From Candidatus Altimarinota bacterium (GTDB taxonomy: Bacteria > Patescibacteriota > Gracilibacteria > UBA1369), in the NCBI GenBank assembly GCA_041659405.1, contig JBAZYK010000001.1, positions 30,001 to 62,000 of the forward strand: a stretch of DNA of 32,000 nt, given 5' to 3'. The notes below the pieces were generated by a model. The model saw only the letters and a list, made by a program, of their open reading frames with translations. It was not told the origin of the DNA and did not search any database. This document shows positions 8,859 through 16,923 of this stretch, in pieces. Numbering within the stretch: position 1 is the first letter of the stretch; each line of letters begins with the position of its first letter. Both the position numbers and the translations under genes were made by a program.

Positions 8859-9482
8859 TCAACCGCCCGGGGCAGATTTTTCCGTCCATAAACCGCGATC
8901 GTGCAGCGTTTTATAGGCCAATATCGGAATTACCGTTGGCGTCGTTAAAAACGGGACTTCGGGTGAACACGGAATTTTGATCATCGTGTCCAATAATTTA
9001 ATATTTTTTTGGGAAAGTCCTTTGGCCGCTCCAATTACAATAATATCTTTGGCACTCCATTTAAATTCCAAAGCATTTTCGCCTTCATTGGGTGAAGTTC
9101 CAATTAAACGAAATCCTTCCGTTTTTAAATCAGCCAAAGTAGTCCGTTTGCGAGGCAGCCATTTAATATTTTCTTCGCGAATGTTCCAGGACATAATTTT
9201 GTTTCTGGTTTTGGCATGCATAAAATCCAGCGCTTCTCCAACCAGATAAGTGGCAATGTGCGGCACCCGATCACTTGTAGAAAGCACAACCTGGGCAAAC
9301 TGCGCTATGTCATAAGGTAAATCCAAATTAACCAGCGCAAATCTTAAAGGCGGCACCTTGCAAAGCTTTTCCCACATTTCCCAAAGATTTTCATCGGGAT
9401 ATTCAAGATATGGATTTTCCTTAACAGATAGGGATTGCCTTTTTTCCTGCCATTCCTGAAATAAATGGTCGATTTTTATCAT
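8859..9482 (-). CDS. Divergent SpoU/TrmH-like (SPOUT) RNA methyltransferase-like protein
   Basis: LRFALVNLDLPYDIAQFAQVV…; FRLIGTSPNEGENALEF; DIIVIGAAKGLSQKNIKLLDTMIKIPCSPEVPFLTTPTVIPILAYK resembles the TrmH C-terminal knot region. Confidence 0.5.
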   Translation of the reverse strand: MIKIDHLFQEWQEKRQSLSVKENPYLEYPDENLWEMWEKLCKVPPLRFALVNLDLPYDIAQFAQVVLSTSDRVPHIATYLVGEALDFMHAKTRNKIMSWNIREENIKWLPRKRTTLADLKTEGFRLIGTSPNEGENALEFKWSAKDIIVIGAAKGLSQKNIKLLDTMIKIPCSPEVPFLTTPTVIPILAYKTLHDRGLWTEKSAPGG

Positions 9483-9504
9483 GGCACGATTTTATCATAA
9501 TTTT

Positions 9505-9604
9505 GAAATTCGGCTTCCTGATTTATAAAAAGTCCCCCGGGGGACTTTTCTGAGATCGGCGGTTTTCCTTTCCCTGAAGCCGAAATTTTCGGATTACCGA
9601 AATC
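9505..9604. promoter_or_regulatory. Structured intergenic region with a perfect 22-bp palindrome and a second hairpin
   Basis: AAAAGTCCCCCGGGGGACTTTT (9528-9549); ATTTTCGG-ATTA-CCGAAAAT (9585-9604); outer CGGCTTC/GAAGCCG arms (9511-9517/9576-9582). Confidence 0.7.
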
Positions 9605-9655
9605 TATTGTGAATTGATTTTCGATCCTCGCAACATACGCGCCACCCCGCGTGCA

Positions 9656-9686
9656 GTTTACAAATTCGCTATTTTGGCGTATAGTA
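9656..9686 (+). promoter_or_regulatory. Putative sigma70-type promoter TTTACA-N17-TATAGT upstream of the 9731 gene
   Basis: Spacing and near-consensus boxes; coordinates approximate. Confidence 0.5.
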
Positions 9687-9730
9687 ATAGATGAATCATC
9701 TGAAAAAAATCACAGATAATCAAAATAAAA

Positions 9731-11050
9731 ATGAAAAACAATAAAAAACTTAATTATTTATTTGGAGGATTATTGCTTATTGCGATAGTTGGTCTTGGCG
9801 TGTTTGCCGGCTCCGGCTACCTGTTTAAGGGCGCGCTGACTCCTCTGCCAAACAGACCAAGCCCAAGCCCAATATATCTCCCAACTGCTACAAAGCCACC
9901 GGCACCGGAACCAAAATATTCAAGCGAGGGGGCTGCTTCTGCCGTTAACAAGGATAAAATAGCACCAAACAATCAAGACAAGGTATTTGCCAAAAGCGTG
10001 ACCAAACAACTTGGAGAGAGCGTGACCATTGTCCCTTCAGGTGATCCTAAAAATGATATCTGGTTTGCTCCAATTGGCAAGGAGCCTCCGTTCACTAATG
10101 GGCTTACCGTAACCCACGCGTCTGGCAATGCAACATCAATCCCGGTACCAGCAAAAGCCGGCACTTACCAATTATACGTAAGAGATGCGGCCGGGAATTA
10201 TTCAGAGCACTCGGCAAAGATATTAACTGTAGTTCTTGATAATACGGCACCAATTATAACTATAAAATCCCCAAAGGATGGCCAAACAATTCATGGAAAA
10301 AACGTTACTGTTTCCGCTACCGCAACAGACAATATCGGCGTAACAAAAGTGGAATTTTATTCAGGTTTACCCGGTGCACTGGATGATACTCCAACAAAAT
10401 TGAATAATGGAGTTTATGAACACCCCTTTAATCTGCCGCTTAGTGATACTACTGTTGTTTTAAGTGTTTGGGCATATGATGCGGCGGGCAACATTCGCAC
10501 AAAAAGCATATACATTAAAGTTGCGAACCAGGCGCCGGATTTAAGCGTCTCTTATAATCCACCTATTAATCTCACCCTTCCCCGAATCAAGCCTACAGAT
10601 CTGCACGGACCTACTGAATCGTTGAAATTAAATATGAAGGTAGATGCTACGAGTCCTCACGATATATCAAAAATAGAATTTTTGCTTGATGGAAAGCCTC
10701 TCTATAATAGCTATAATAAATTCAATGATAACAAAGGGTTCTTTGACTGTTCTGGCCCTCCAGATAATGCCACTTGTTATTTGGAAATAGAGCGCTCAGC
10801 TGGAATAAAGGAGGGTGAGAGTAGTGGGAAGGCGTGTTGTGGAACTATTGTTAATCCAATTATGTTTCCGGGAGGCGATGGTAATACCGGATTTAAGCTG
10901 AATGGAGCGACTATATATCACACTCTTATCATCAAGGCGTACGATGATATCGACACATCATCTGAACAACAAATTAAATTTCATCTGGATTGGTGGAACG
11001 GTGGTGACATCAAAGACTACGGATATACATGGATAGTCATCGACCCTTAG
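9731..11050 (+). CDS. Surface/secreted protein with bacterial Ig-like domains
   Basis: N-terminal TM; GTYQLYVRDAAGNYSEHS; DNTAPIITIKSPKDGQTIHGKNVTVSATATDNIGVTKVEFY; SVWAYDAAGNIRTKSI. Confidence 0.75.
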   Translation: MKNNKKLNYLFGGLLLIAIVGLGVFAGSGYLFKGALTPLPNRPSPSPIYLPTATKPPAPEPKYSSEGAASAVNKDKIAPNNQDKVFAKSVTKQLGESVTIVPSGDPKNDIWFAPIGKEPPFTNGLTVTHASGNATSIPVPAKAGTYQLYVRDAAGNYSEHSAKILTVVLDNTAPIITIKSPKDGQTIHGKNVTVSATATDNIGVTKVEFYSGLPGALDDTPTKLNNGVYEHPFNLPLSDTTVVLSVWAYDAAGNIRTKSIYIKVANQAPDLSVSYNPPINLTLPRIKPTDLHGPTESLKLNMKVDATSPHDISKIEFLLDGKPLYNSYNKFNDNKGFFDCSGPPDNATCYLEIERSAGIKEGESSGKACCGTIVNPIMFPGGDGNTGFKLNGATIYHTLIIKAYDDIDTSSEQQIKFHLDWWNGGDIKDYGYTWIVIDP

Positions 11051-11934
11051 GCACTCTTTTTTTGATACAATGAGATTTGGAAATCGGTGCCGGTTGTAAA
11101 CTCGCGGGTTTTAGCCAGTAGCGCTTTTTTCTCTTCATTTAAATGCCAATGATAAGGCGTCATACTAACAAGATTCATAATGTCCTCATTGTTTTTTAAA
11201 TGGATTTCAAATCCAAGTTGATATTTTTCAAGAAGAGAAAGGCCCAGACTTTCGGATAAATCCAAAGGATTCCCCTGCAATTGAAATTTATCATAAATCA
11301 GGGTGGCCAATTCTTTAAGATGATTATGCGCCGGCCTGATAAGCAGGATTTTGCCGCCGGGCTTTAAAACTCTGAAGAGTTCTTTGGAATCAAATGGTGA
11401 AAAAATTGAAAAAATCAGATCCAGGGATTCATTCAGATAAGGTAAGTGGAAATTGCTGCCAATGGAAAAGTGAATATCCGGGTATTTTTTAGCGGCTTTT
11501 TGAATTGCCGGTTTGGAAATGTCGATTCCCCAAAGATGCGCAGAGGGTGCGCTTGGCTTGCTGGCACGTGTTGAGTGCTGGGCTTGAGTACCGAGTTTTA
11601 ATGATTCCTGAAGTTTGCCACTGTAAAATCCTGTGCCGCAGCCAACATCCAAAATATTAAAATTCTTGGTTTTAGATTTTTTTACGAGTGGCAGGATGAT
11701 TTTATTTATTTCTTTGGCTAAGGGATCGTAATATCCCTGATCCAAAAAAAATTGCCGACCATCTACCATCAATTTGCTGTCACCGGGATCTTTAGTCTTT
11801 TTTTGATTAGCCAGAAGAAAATTCACATATCCTTCACGTGAAATATCATAAGTGTGTTTTTGGCTGCAGATAAAGCTTTTATTGACCTGTTCCAATTGTT
11901 GCTTACAAACGGGACAAAGATAGATGGATTCCAT
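11047..11934 (-). CDS. RlmA-like 23S rRNA (guanine-N1)-methyltransferase family protein
   Basis: N-terminal zinc ribbon YLCPVCKQQLEQVNKSFICSQKHTYDISREGYVNFL; NILDVGCGTGFY; the 12045 start is unlikely, ATG at 11934 preferred. Confidence 0.82.
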   Translation of the reverse strand: MESIYLCPVCKQQLEQVNKSFICSQKHTYDISREGYVNFLLANQKKTKDPGDSKLMVDGRQFFLDQGYYDPLAKEINKIILPLVKKSKTKNFNILDVGCGTGFYSGKLQESLKLGTQAQHSTRASKPSAPSAHLWGIDISKPAIQKAAKKYPDIHFSIGSNFHLPYLNESLDLIFSIFSPFDSKELFRVLKPGGKILLIRPAHNHLKELATLIYDKFQLQGNPLDLSESLGLSLLEKYQLGFEIHLKNNEDIMNLVSMTPYHWHLNEEKKALLAKTREFTTGTDFQISLYQKKSA

Positions 11935-12079
11935 AGAACTGTGGAGAAATAAGTCAGTGCTTTTAGCATACTCAAAATATGTTAAAAATGATACTTGCTT
12001 GTTGTGCAAATATGTTGTACAATAATCTGATATGTTTCTAAACACATATTTACCATATATTTCTTAACCAAATAAAAAT

Positions 12080-13738
12080 ATGGAAAACAAAAACAGAAAT
12101 AGACGCTTTTACCTGCCGATGGCATTGCTTGCTGTAACGGTAGTCGCAGGCGTGTCATTTTCATCGCTCCGTAATGGCGGGAGTGCAAATCTAATCGCCC
12201 AGACCACGACAAGAAGTGGTTCGTCTACAATCTATAATTGTGACGATATTAAAGTAAAACTCAACTCCGCAACGGGTGGGTACACAGAGGATGAAAAAAA
12301 TTGGTATAACCAAACTTGTAATATGTCCACAACTGGTACAGGCAGTGGAAGTGATTCCACAACTACAACCGGCACAGGTAGTGGAAGTGATTCCACAACT
12401 ACAACCGGCACGGGTAGTGGAAGTGATTCCACAACTACAACCGGCACAGGTAGTGGAAGTGATTCCACAACTGGTACAGGTAGCGGAACTGGGACTACAA
12501 CTACAACCGGTACAGGTACAGGCAGTGGAAGTGATGATTCCACAACTCCAACCACAACAACAGCTCCAACCACAACTCCAACTCCACGATATACTTGTGA
12601 AGGAGCAGCCAAAGACTTGAAAACCACCGGCAATTACACAGCCGAGGAAAAAGTTTGGTATTACAGGTATTGCGTGCAAACAACACCAGTCCTACCAGTT
12701 CCACGAGTCGTACCAACCGCACTTCAACCAAATGATCCATGCGCAACATTGAAAGATATTATGGCTAAATATAGCTATGATACAACTTCATCTGCTTATC
12801 TTTCAGCACAATGGAAATTTAATGAGGTCTGTTCTACCCCTACAACTACAGTCAACCCTTCACCTACAAGCACTAGGCCTGCAACAACCACACCCACCGT
12901 TTGTAGTGATCTGAAGATGAAACTGGGAACTTCAATCAACAACAACGATACCAGTTCCGATACTTACGCCAAACTAAAATTATCCTATCAGGATCTTTGT
13001 ACCGAAAGCACACCGACTACCGATGTTTGCTCAAGTCTGAAGTTAAAACTTGAAACGGCTATTTCCGATGGTGTCACATCATCAGATTACGCTTCGGTAA
13101 AAGAACAATATCTAAGATCATGCACCAGACCAGTTACACCTGCAGGCTTTGAAGATAAAGTTATTATGACTACAACAGACACCACTACCCCATTCATTGA
13201 TGCGCCAACAGCAACTCGAGAAGGAACTGCCGCTGCTGAATTATCTCGCCGTAATATAATCGGAGGATTTAGGGATGGTACTTTTCGTGGAAAAAATCTG
13301 GTAAATCGTGCTGAAGCTGCCAAATTTCTGCTTTTAGCAAGATATGGAACAGTTGCCGATACCAGTGGCACATCCCAATTTAGAGATACTAAAAAGGGAG
13401 AATGGTATGTAAAGTATATCGATACAGCCAACCATCTTGGAATTATTAATGGGTACAAAGATGGAACATTCAGGCCAGCCAATGGTGTAAATACCGCCGA
13501 ATTCTTAAAGATGATGACTTTGGCACTTGGTCTTGAGATGAAGCTTCCATACACATATAGAGATGTTAAATCCACCGATTGGTTTGCTATCTATGCCGGC
13601 AGTGCCCAAAAATACAATCTTTTCCCGGATCGCACAGATGACACTTTGCAACCTGGAAAACTATTAACCCGTAACGAAGTCGCAGTAGCGATCTATCAAT
13701 TTCTTTTAAATCGCGATAGCGGTACAGTTCAAAACTAA
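12080..13738 (+). CDS. Secreted protein with Thr/Gly/Ser repeat linker and C-terminal SLH domains
   Basis: Signal peptide; GSGSDSTTTTGT repeats; IIGGFRDGTFRGKNLVNRAEAAKFLLLA, LGIINGYKDGTFRPANGVNTAEFLKMM SLH motifs. Confidence 0.85.
   Translation: MENKNRNRRFYLPMALLAVTVVAGVSFSSLRNGGSANLIAQTTTRSGSSTIYNCDDIKVKLNSATGGYTEDEKNWYNQTCNMSTTGTGSGSDSTTTTGTGSGSDSTTTTGTGSGSDSTTTTGTGSGSDSTTGTGSGTGTTTTTGTGTGSGSDDSTTPTTTTAPTTTPTPRYTCEGAAKDLKTTGNYTAEEKVWYYRYCVQTTPVLPVPRVVPTALQPNDPCATLKDIMAKYSYDTTSSAYLSAQWKFNEVCSTPTTTVNPSPTSTRPATTTPTVCSDLKMKLGTSINNNDTSSDTYAKLKLSYQDLCTESTPTTDVCSSLKLKLETAISDGVTSSDYASVKEQYLRSCTRPVTPAGFEDKVIMTTTDTTTPFIDAPTATREGTAAAELSRRNIIGGFRDGTFRGKNLVNRAEAAKFLLLARYGTVADTSGTSQFRDTKKGEWYVKYIDTANHLGIINGYKDGTFRPANGVNTAEFLKMMTLALGLEMKLPYTYRDVKSTDWFAIYAGSAQKYNLFPDRTDDTLQPGKLLTRNEVAVAIYQFLLNRDSGTVQN
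12341..12478 (+). repeat. 36-bp in-frame tandem minisatellite, about 3.8 copies
   Basis: Unit GGTAGTGGAAGTGATTCCACAACTACAACCGGCACA at 12341, 12377, 12413, 12449 (last copy partial). Confidence 0.93.
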
Positions 13739-13863
13739 AAGATAGTTTTAACCAAAAAAGCGTTAAACTCATCAAAAAAATACTTATACTGCTCATTAGT
13801 GCGCCAATCAGGCACATTAGTGGGCAGTTTTGTTGGAGGGGCAGAAGGCCTTAAAGAGATATT

Positions 13864-14475
13864 TTAGAGGCTATCCAGCCGCCCTTGAAGCTTCTTAACT
13901 GCTTTAAGCAATGTTCCATCTTTGTACCCATTTGAAATAATTTTGGCCCAATCTAAGGCCGGAACCATTGCCTGCTGAATCTTTGCAAGGGCAGGAGAGC
14001 TTTGTTCCAGCTCTTTCTCGACAAAATTTATTAGATTGGTGCACTGAAGAGCTAAAAGATAATGATGCATGGCATCGATTTCCGGTGGAAGATCCGCTCC
14101 CTGCTGTTCGAATCCTCCGAGGACATGTCCAATATTAGTCGTATGATTTTTAATATCTGCCAAATTTTCCGTAGGATTTTCAATAAAGGCGACTGCTTCC
14201 ACAATCATTTTCCGGTCAGTCTCATCTTTGACAGTGTCATGTTTGAGTAATGCCGAAATATCATTCAAAATTTTTCCTGTTCGTGATTTCAGCCCAAGCA
14301 ACAGGGTCGGTGAAAGCGGTGATGGTGTCCAGAATGGACTGATGATTTTGTGAATAGATTTTTTCACCCACTTCATTATTTTTTTTATACCCGCAAATAA
14401 CCCACCAATTTCTTCGGTTTCGTTTTTATTGTTTTGATTAACTCCTTTTTCCTTTGGGTCATGTTCCGTACTCAT
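13864..14475 (-). CDS. Hypothetical protein
   Basis: 203-aa ORF without overlapping better ORF; helical character; no family recognised. Confidence 0.55.
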   Translation of the reverse strand: MSTEHDPKEKGVNQNNKNETEEIGGLFAGIKKIMKWVKKSIHKIISPFWTPSPLSPTLLLGLKSRTGKILNDISALLKHDTVKDETDRKMIVEAVAFIENPTENLADIKNHTTNIGHVLGGFEQQGADLPPEIDAMHHYLLALQCTNLINFVEKELEQSSPALAKIQQAMVPALDWAKIISNGYKDGTLLKAVKKLQGRLDSL

Positions 14476-14552
14476 ATATTTTACAGATCAAATATATGAT
14501 ACATATTAACATTTTTTGAGCATTATTTCAAGGCTCTTAGCCTATTTATGGC

Positions 14553-16721
14553 CTATTTATGCCGCCTTTTTGTATATCGTTTTTTGGGCGATTTGCGGTT
14601 TTTTTTGGAGCCCGCTCCTCTTGCGGATTTATTTGTGTTGGAAAAATTATTTCTGAACCATGATGGATCAACCTCGGTAACATTGCGGGCAAAACGTTTG
14701 GTTGTTTCCACAATTTCGGCAGCGATAATCCATTTGGGATAACGGCTATAAAAAAGTGAGCTGGGGTGAATATAAATGCGATCAACTTTCGCGGAAGTAT
14801 AATTCCCAAAACTATTTCTTTGGCAGAGATTTTGGACAAGTCCGCTGGAAACGGATTTTAGGATACCCACATGGTTTATTTCCGCATTCTGCTGCAGATT
14901 TTCCGGATCCAACATGGCCTGTAGTTTTTGAAGATGAGGATTAAATTCTTCACCATAAAACTCAACGAGTGTTTCGATCAACTGTTGATAAATATCTTTG
15001 GCTTTTTCCAAAGTCTGGAAGTCCAAATATTGGTTTTTGCAATACTGTTCACGCTCCACGTCCTCTTTGAAGGTGAAAACTTTTTTCCACACCGCAAGAT
15101 AAGTTAACAGATCGGAATTAAAAGTTTCCGCGGTTCCAAAATTGGAAAAAACTTTCCGATGAAATGTTTTTCTGCCGTTAAAAAAAGGCTTTTTTGATTG
15201 AACCGCCGGATAAGGCATTCCCAAACGTTGAAAATAACGTCGGGATTTATCAGCCGCCTCTTCATCACCAAACGGCCTCCAGAATGGGTCTTTAAGCGAT
15301 AAAAACGAGGCAATTACGGCCACTTCGGCCACGCAGGAATACCCTTCCGCAGTAAGCAACATGCGTGAAATTTTTGGATCAAGCGGCAAATGCGCCATTT
15401 TAACTCCTGTTTCCGTTAATTTTTCATTGCGATTAATCGCTCCAAGAACATAAAGAGTGCCAAGTGCCTGCTCAAAAGAAGCATGCTCAGGTGGATCCAT
15501 AAATTCAAAAGTATGAATATTTGGAATTCCCATTAAAATCATTTGCAAAACCACATCGGCCAAATCCGAGCGCTGAATTTCCGGCCGGGTAAATGGCTCA
15601 CGGCCGGCAAAATTCTCTTCCGAATATAATCGCAAACATCTTCCCGGCTCAATACGGCCCGCTCTACCCGTTCTTTGAATGGCAGAGGCCTGCGAAATTT
15701 CTTCAACCATCAGACTTCCGATTCCGGTGTCGGTATTAAAATCGGTCATCCTGGCCAAACCGGAATCAATCACCACAGTCACGCCCGGTACGGTTAAAGA
15801 AGTTTCGGCAATATTGGTGGAAACCACCACATGACGTTTAGTGTGCGCACCATAAATCGCGGTTTGCTCGGTCATAGGTAACCTGCCATAAAGCGGCATG
15901 CAGCGCAGATCCGAAAAACCAAATTGCTTAATGGCATTTATAGTCAGGCTGATTTCCTGTTCGCCCGGAAGAAAAATTAAAATGTCACCGACTTTTTTAG
16001 ACGAGTGAATTTCCTCTACCATACCGGCAATTTTGGTTGAAAGAATCTCCCCTTCCATCGGCGGATGATATTCAACATCCACCGGAAACATGCGACCGGA
16101 AACGGAAAATTCCGCCACTGATAATGATTTTTCGTGGCGATTGGAGCTCGCTCCGCTCGCGTTAGAAATAGGCACTTCGTGCGTGTTGGAAAAGAAATTA
16201 AAAAACTTTTCGGTGTCCAAAGTGGCCGAAGCAATAATAATTTTAAGCGCTTTCAAGCCCTGAACCCGGCGTTTTTTTTGAATGTCTTTTAAAAGTCCAA
16301 GCAAAAAATCAATGCGCAAACTTCGCTCGTGCGCTTCATCAACAAAGATCGCGTCATATTTTGTAAGAAGAAAATCGAACTTAATTTCCTGAAGTAAAAT
16401 TCCATCCGTGCAGATAATAATTTTTGTTCCGGGATAAGTCTGATCATCAAAACGGATTTTGTAGCCAATTGTTGTACCCAGCTCAATCTCGCATTCCTCT
16501 GCGATGCGCGTGGCAATGGAAACTGCGGCAATTCTGCGAGGCTGCGTACAGGCAATCATCACCTTTGGACCCAGTGCCTCCAAAATCATTTTGGGAATTT
16601 GGGTCGATTTGCCCGAGCCGGTTTCCCCGACAATAATTGTTACATCATTTTCACTGATGGCTTGGGTCAGCTCTTGGCTGTGAGAGCTTATGGGTAATTC
16701 GGCGGGGAAATTAATTTTCAT
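14553..16721 (-). CDS. hrpA: DEAH-box ATP-dependent helicase, HrpA/HrpB type
   Basis: VGETGSGKSTQIP, DEAHERS, IIIASATLD, FLPGEQEI, STNIAETSLTVPGVTVVIDSG, QRTGRAGR motifs. Confidence 0.88.
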   Translation of the reverse strand: MKINFPAELPISSHSQELTQAISENDVTIIVGETGSGKSTQIPKMILEALGPKVMIACTQPRRIAAVSIATRIAEECEIELGTTIGYKIRFDDQTYPGTKIIICTDGILLQEIKFDFLLTKYDAIFVDEAHERSLRIDFLLGLLKDIQKKRRVQGLKALKIIIASATLDTEKFFNFFSNTHEVPISNASGASSNRHEKSLSVAEFSVSGRMFPVDVEYHPPMEGEILSTKIAGMVEEIHSSKKVGDILIFLPGEQEISLTINAIKQFGFSDLRCMPLYGRLPMTEQTAIYGAHTKRHVVVSTNIAETSLTVPGVTVVIDSGLARMTDFNTDTGIGSLMVEEISQASAIQRTGRAGRIEPGRCLRLYSEENFAGREPFTRPEIQRSDLADVVLQMILMGIPNIHTFEFMDPPEHASFEQALGTLYVLGAINRNEKLTETGVKMAHLPLDPKISRMLLTAEGYSCVAEVAVIASFLSLKDPFWRPFGDEEAADKSRRYFQRLGMPYPAVQSKKPFFNGRKTFHRKVFSNFGTAETFNSDLLTYLAVWKKVFTFKEDVEREQYCKNQYLDFQTLEKAKDIYQQLIETLVEFYGEEFNPHLQKLQAMLDPENLQQNAEINHVGILKSVSSGLVQNLCQRNSFGNYTSAKVDRIYIHPSSLFYSRYPKWIIAAEIVETTKRFARNVTEVDPSWFRNNFSNTNKSARGAGSKKNRKSPKKRYTKRRHK
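14607..14645 (+). repeat. Copy D of the dispersed coding-embedded element (short form, hrpA 3' end)
   Basis: GGAGCCCGCTCCTCTTGCGG (14607-14626) matches copy A at 18/20; followed by …GTGTTGGA as in copy E, with the middle missing. Confidence 0.65.
16141..16190 (+). repeat. Copy E of the dispersed coding-embedded element (reference copy)
   Basis: TTGGAGCTCGCTCCGCTCGCGTTAGAAATAGGCACTTCGTGCGTGTTGGA. Confidence 0.85.
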
Positions 16722-16869
16722 ATAATTTTGTTGGACTACAGAGAAACGATAATGAAAATTGAACGGAAAGGAAAGGTCTACTTTTTATTACAACCAAGCG
16801 CAAAATGTGGCACTGTTGCATATTTATAATAAGGTTCGATAAGGTCGGACAGCCACCATTCACCGAATA

Positions 16870-16917
16870 TTGACATTATTTAGTGAATACGCTATACTAA
16901 ATACAGTAAATTCACTA
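16870..16917 (+). promoter_or_regulatory. Sigma70-type promoter TTGACA-N17-TATACT with inverted repeat TAGTGAAT…ATTCACTA around the -10
   Basis: -35 16870-16875, -10 16893-16898, arms 16881-16888 / 16910-16917; further ATTCAC at 16858-16863. Confidence 0.8.
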
Positions 16918-16923
16918 CTTTTT

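Noticed and set aside
11935-12045. N-terminal extension of the RlmA-like methyltransferase
   Set aside because: The zinc-ribbon start MESIYLCPVC at 11934 fits the family; the extension does not.
12191-12679. Cys/Ser/Gly-rich antisense ORFs (also 12232-12633 and 12276-12620) across the repeat array
   Set aside because: They are shadow frames created by the 36-bp tandem repeat in the SLH gene; no independent start context or family.
13744-13768. Hairpin AGTTTAAC…GTTAAACT between convergent genes as a strong terminator
   Set aside because: Good 8-bp stem but no clear T-run on either side; AT-rich and not confidently functional.
13587-13817. 76-aa minus-strand ORF between the SLH gene and the 13864 gene
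   Set aside because: Mostly antisense to the well-supported SLH domain; the remainder is intergenic.
16870-16923. N-terminal 18 aa of the ORF-track Fic call (MTLFSEYAILNTVNSLLF)
   Set aside because: The TTG start overlaps a TTGACA-N17-TATACT promoter; ATG 16924 is much more plausible.
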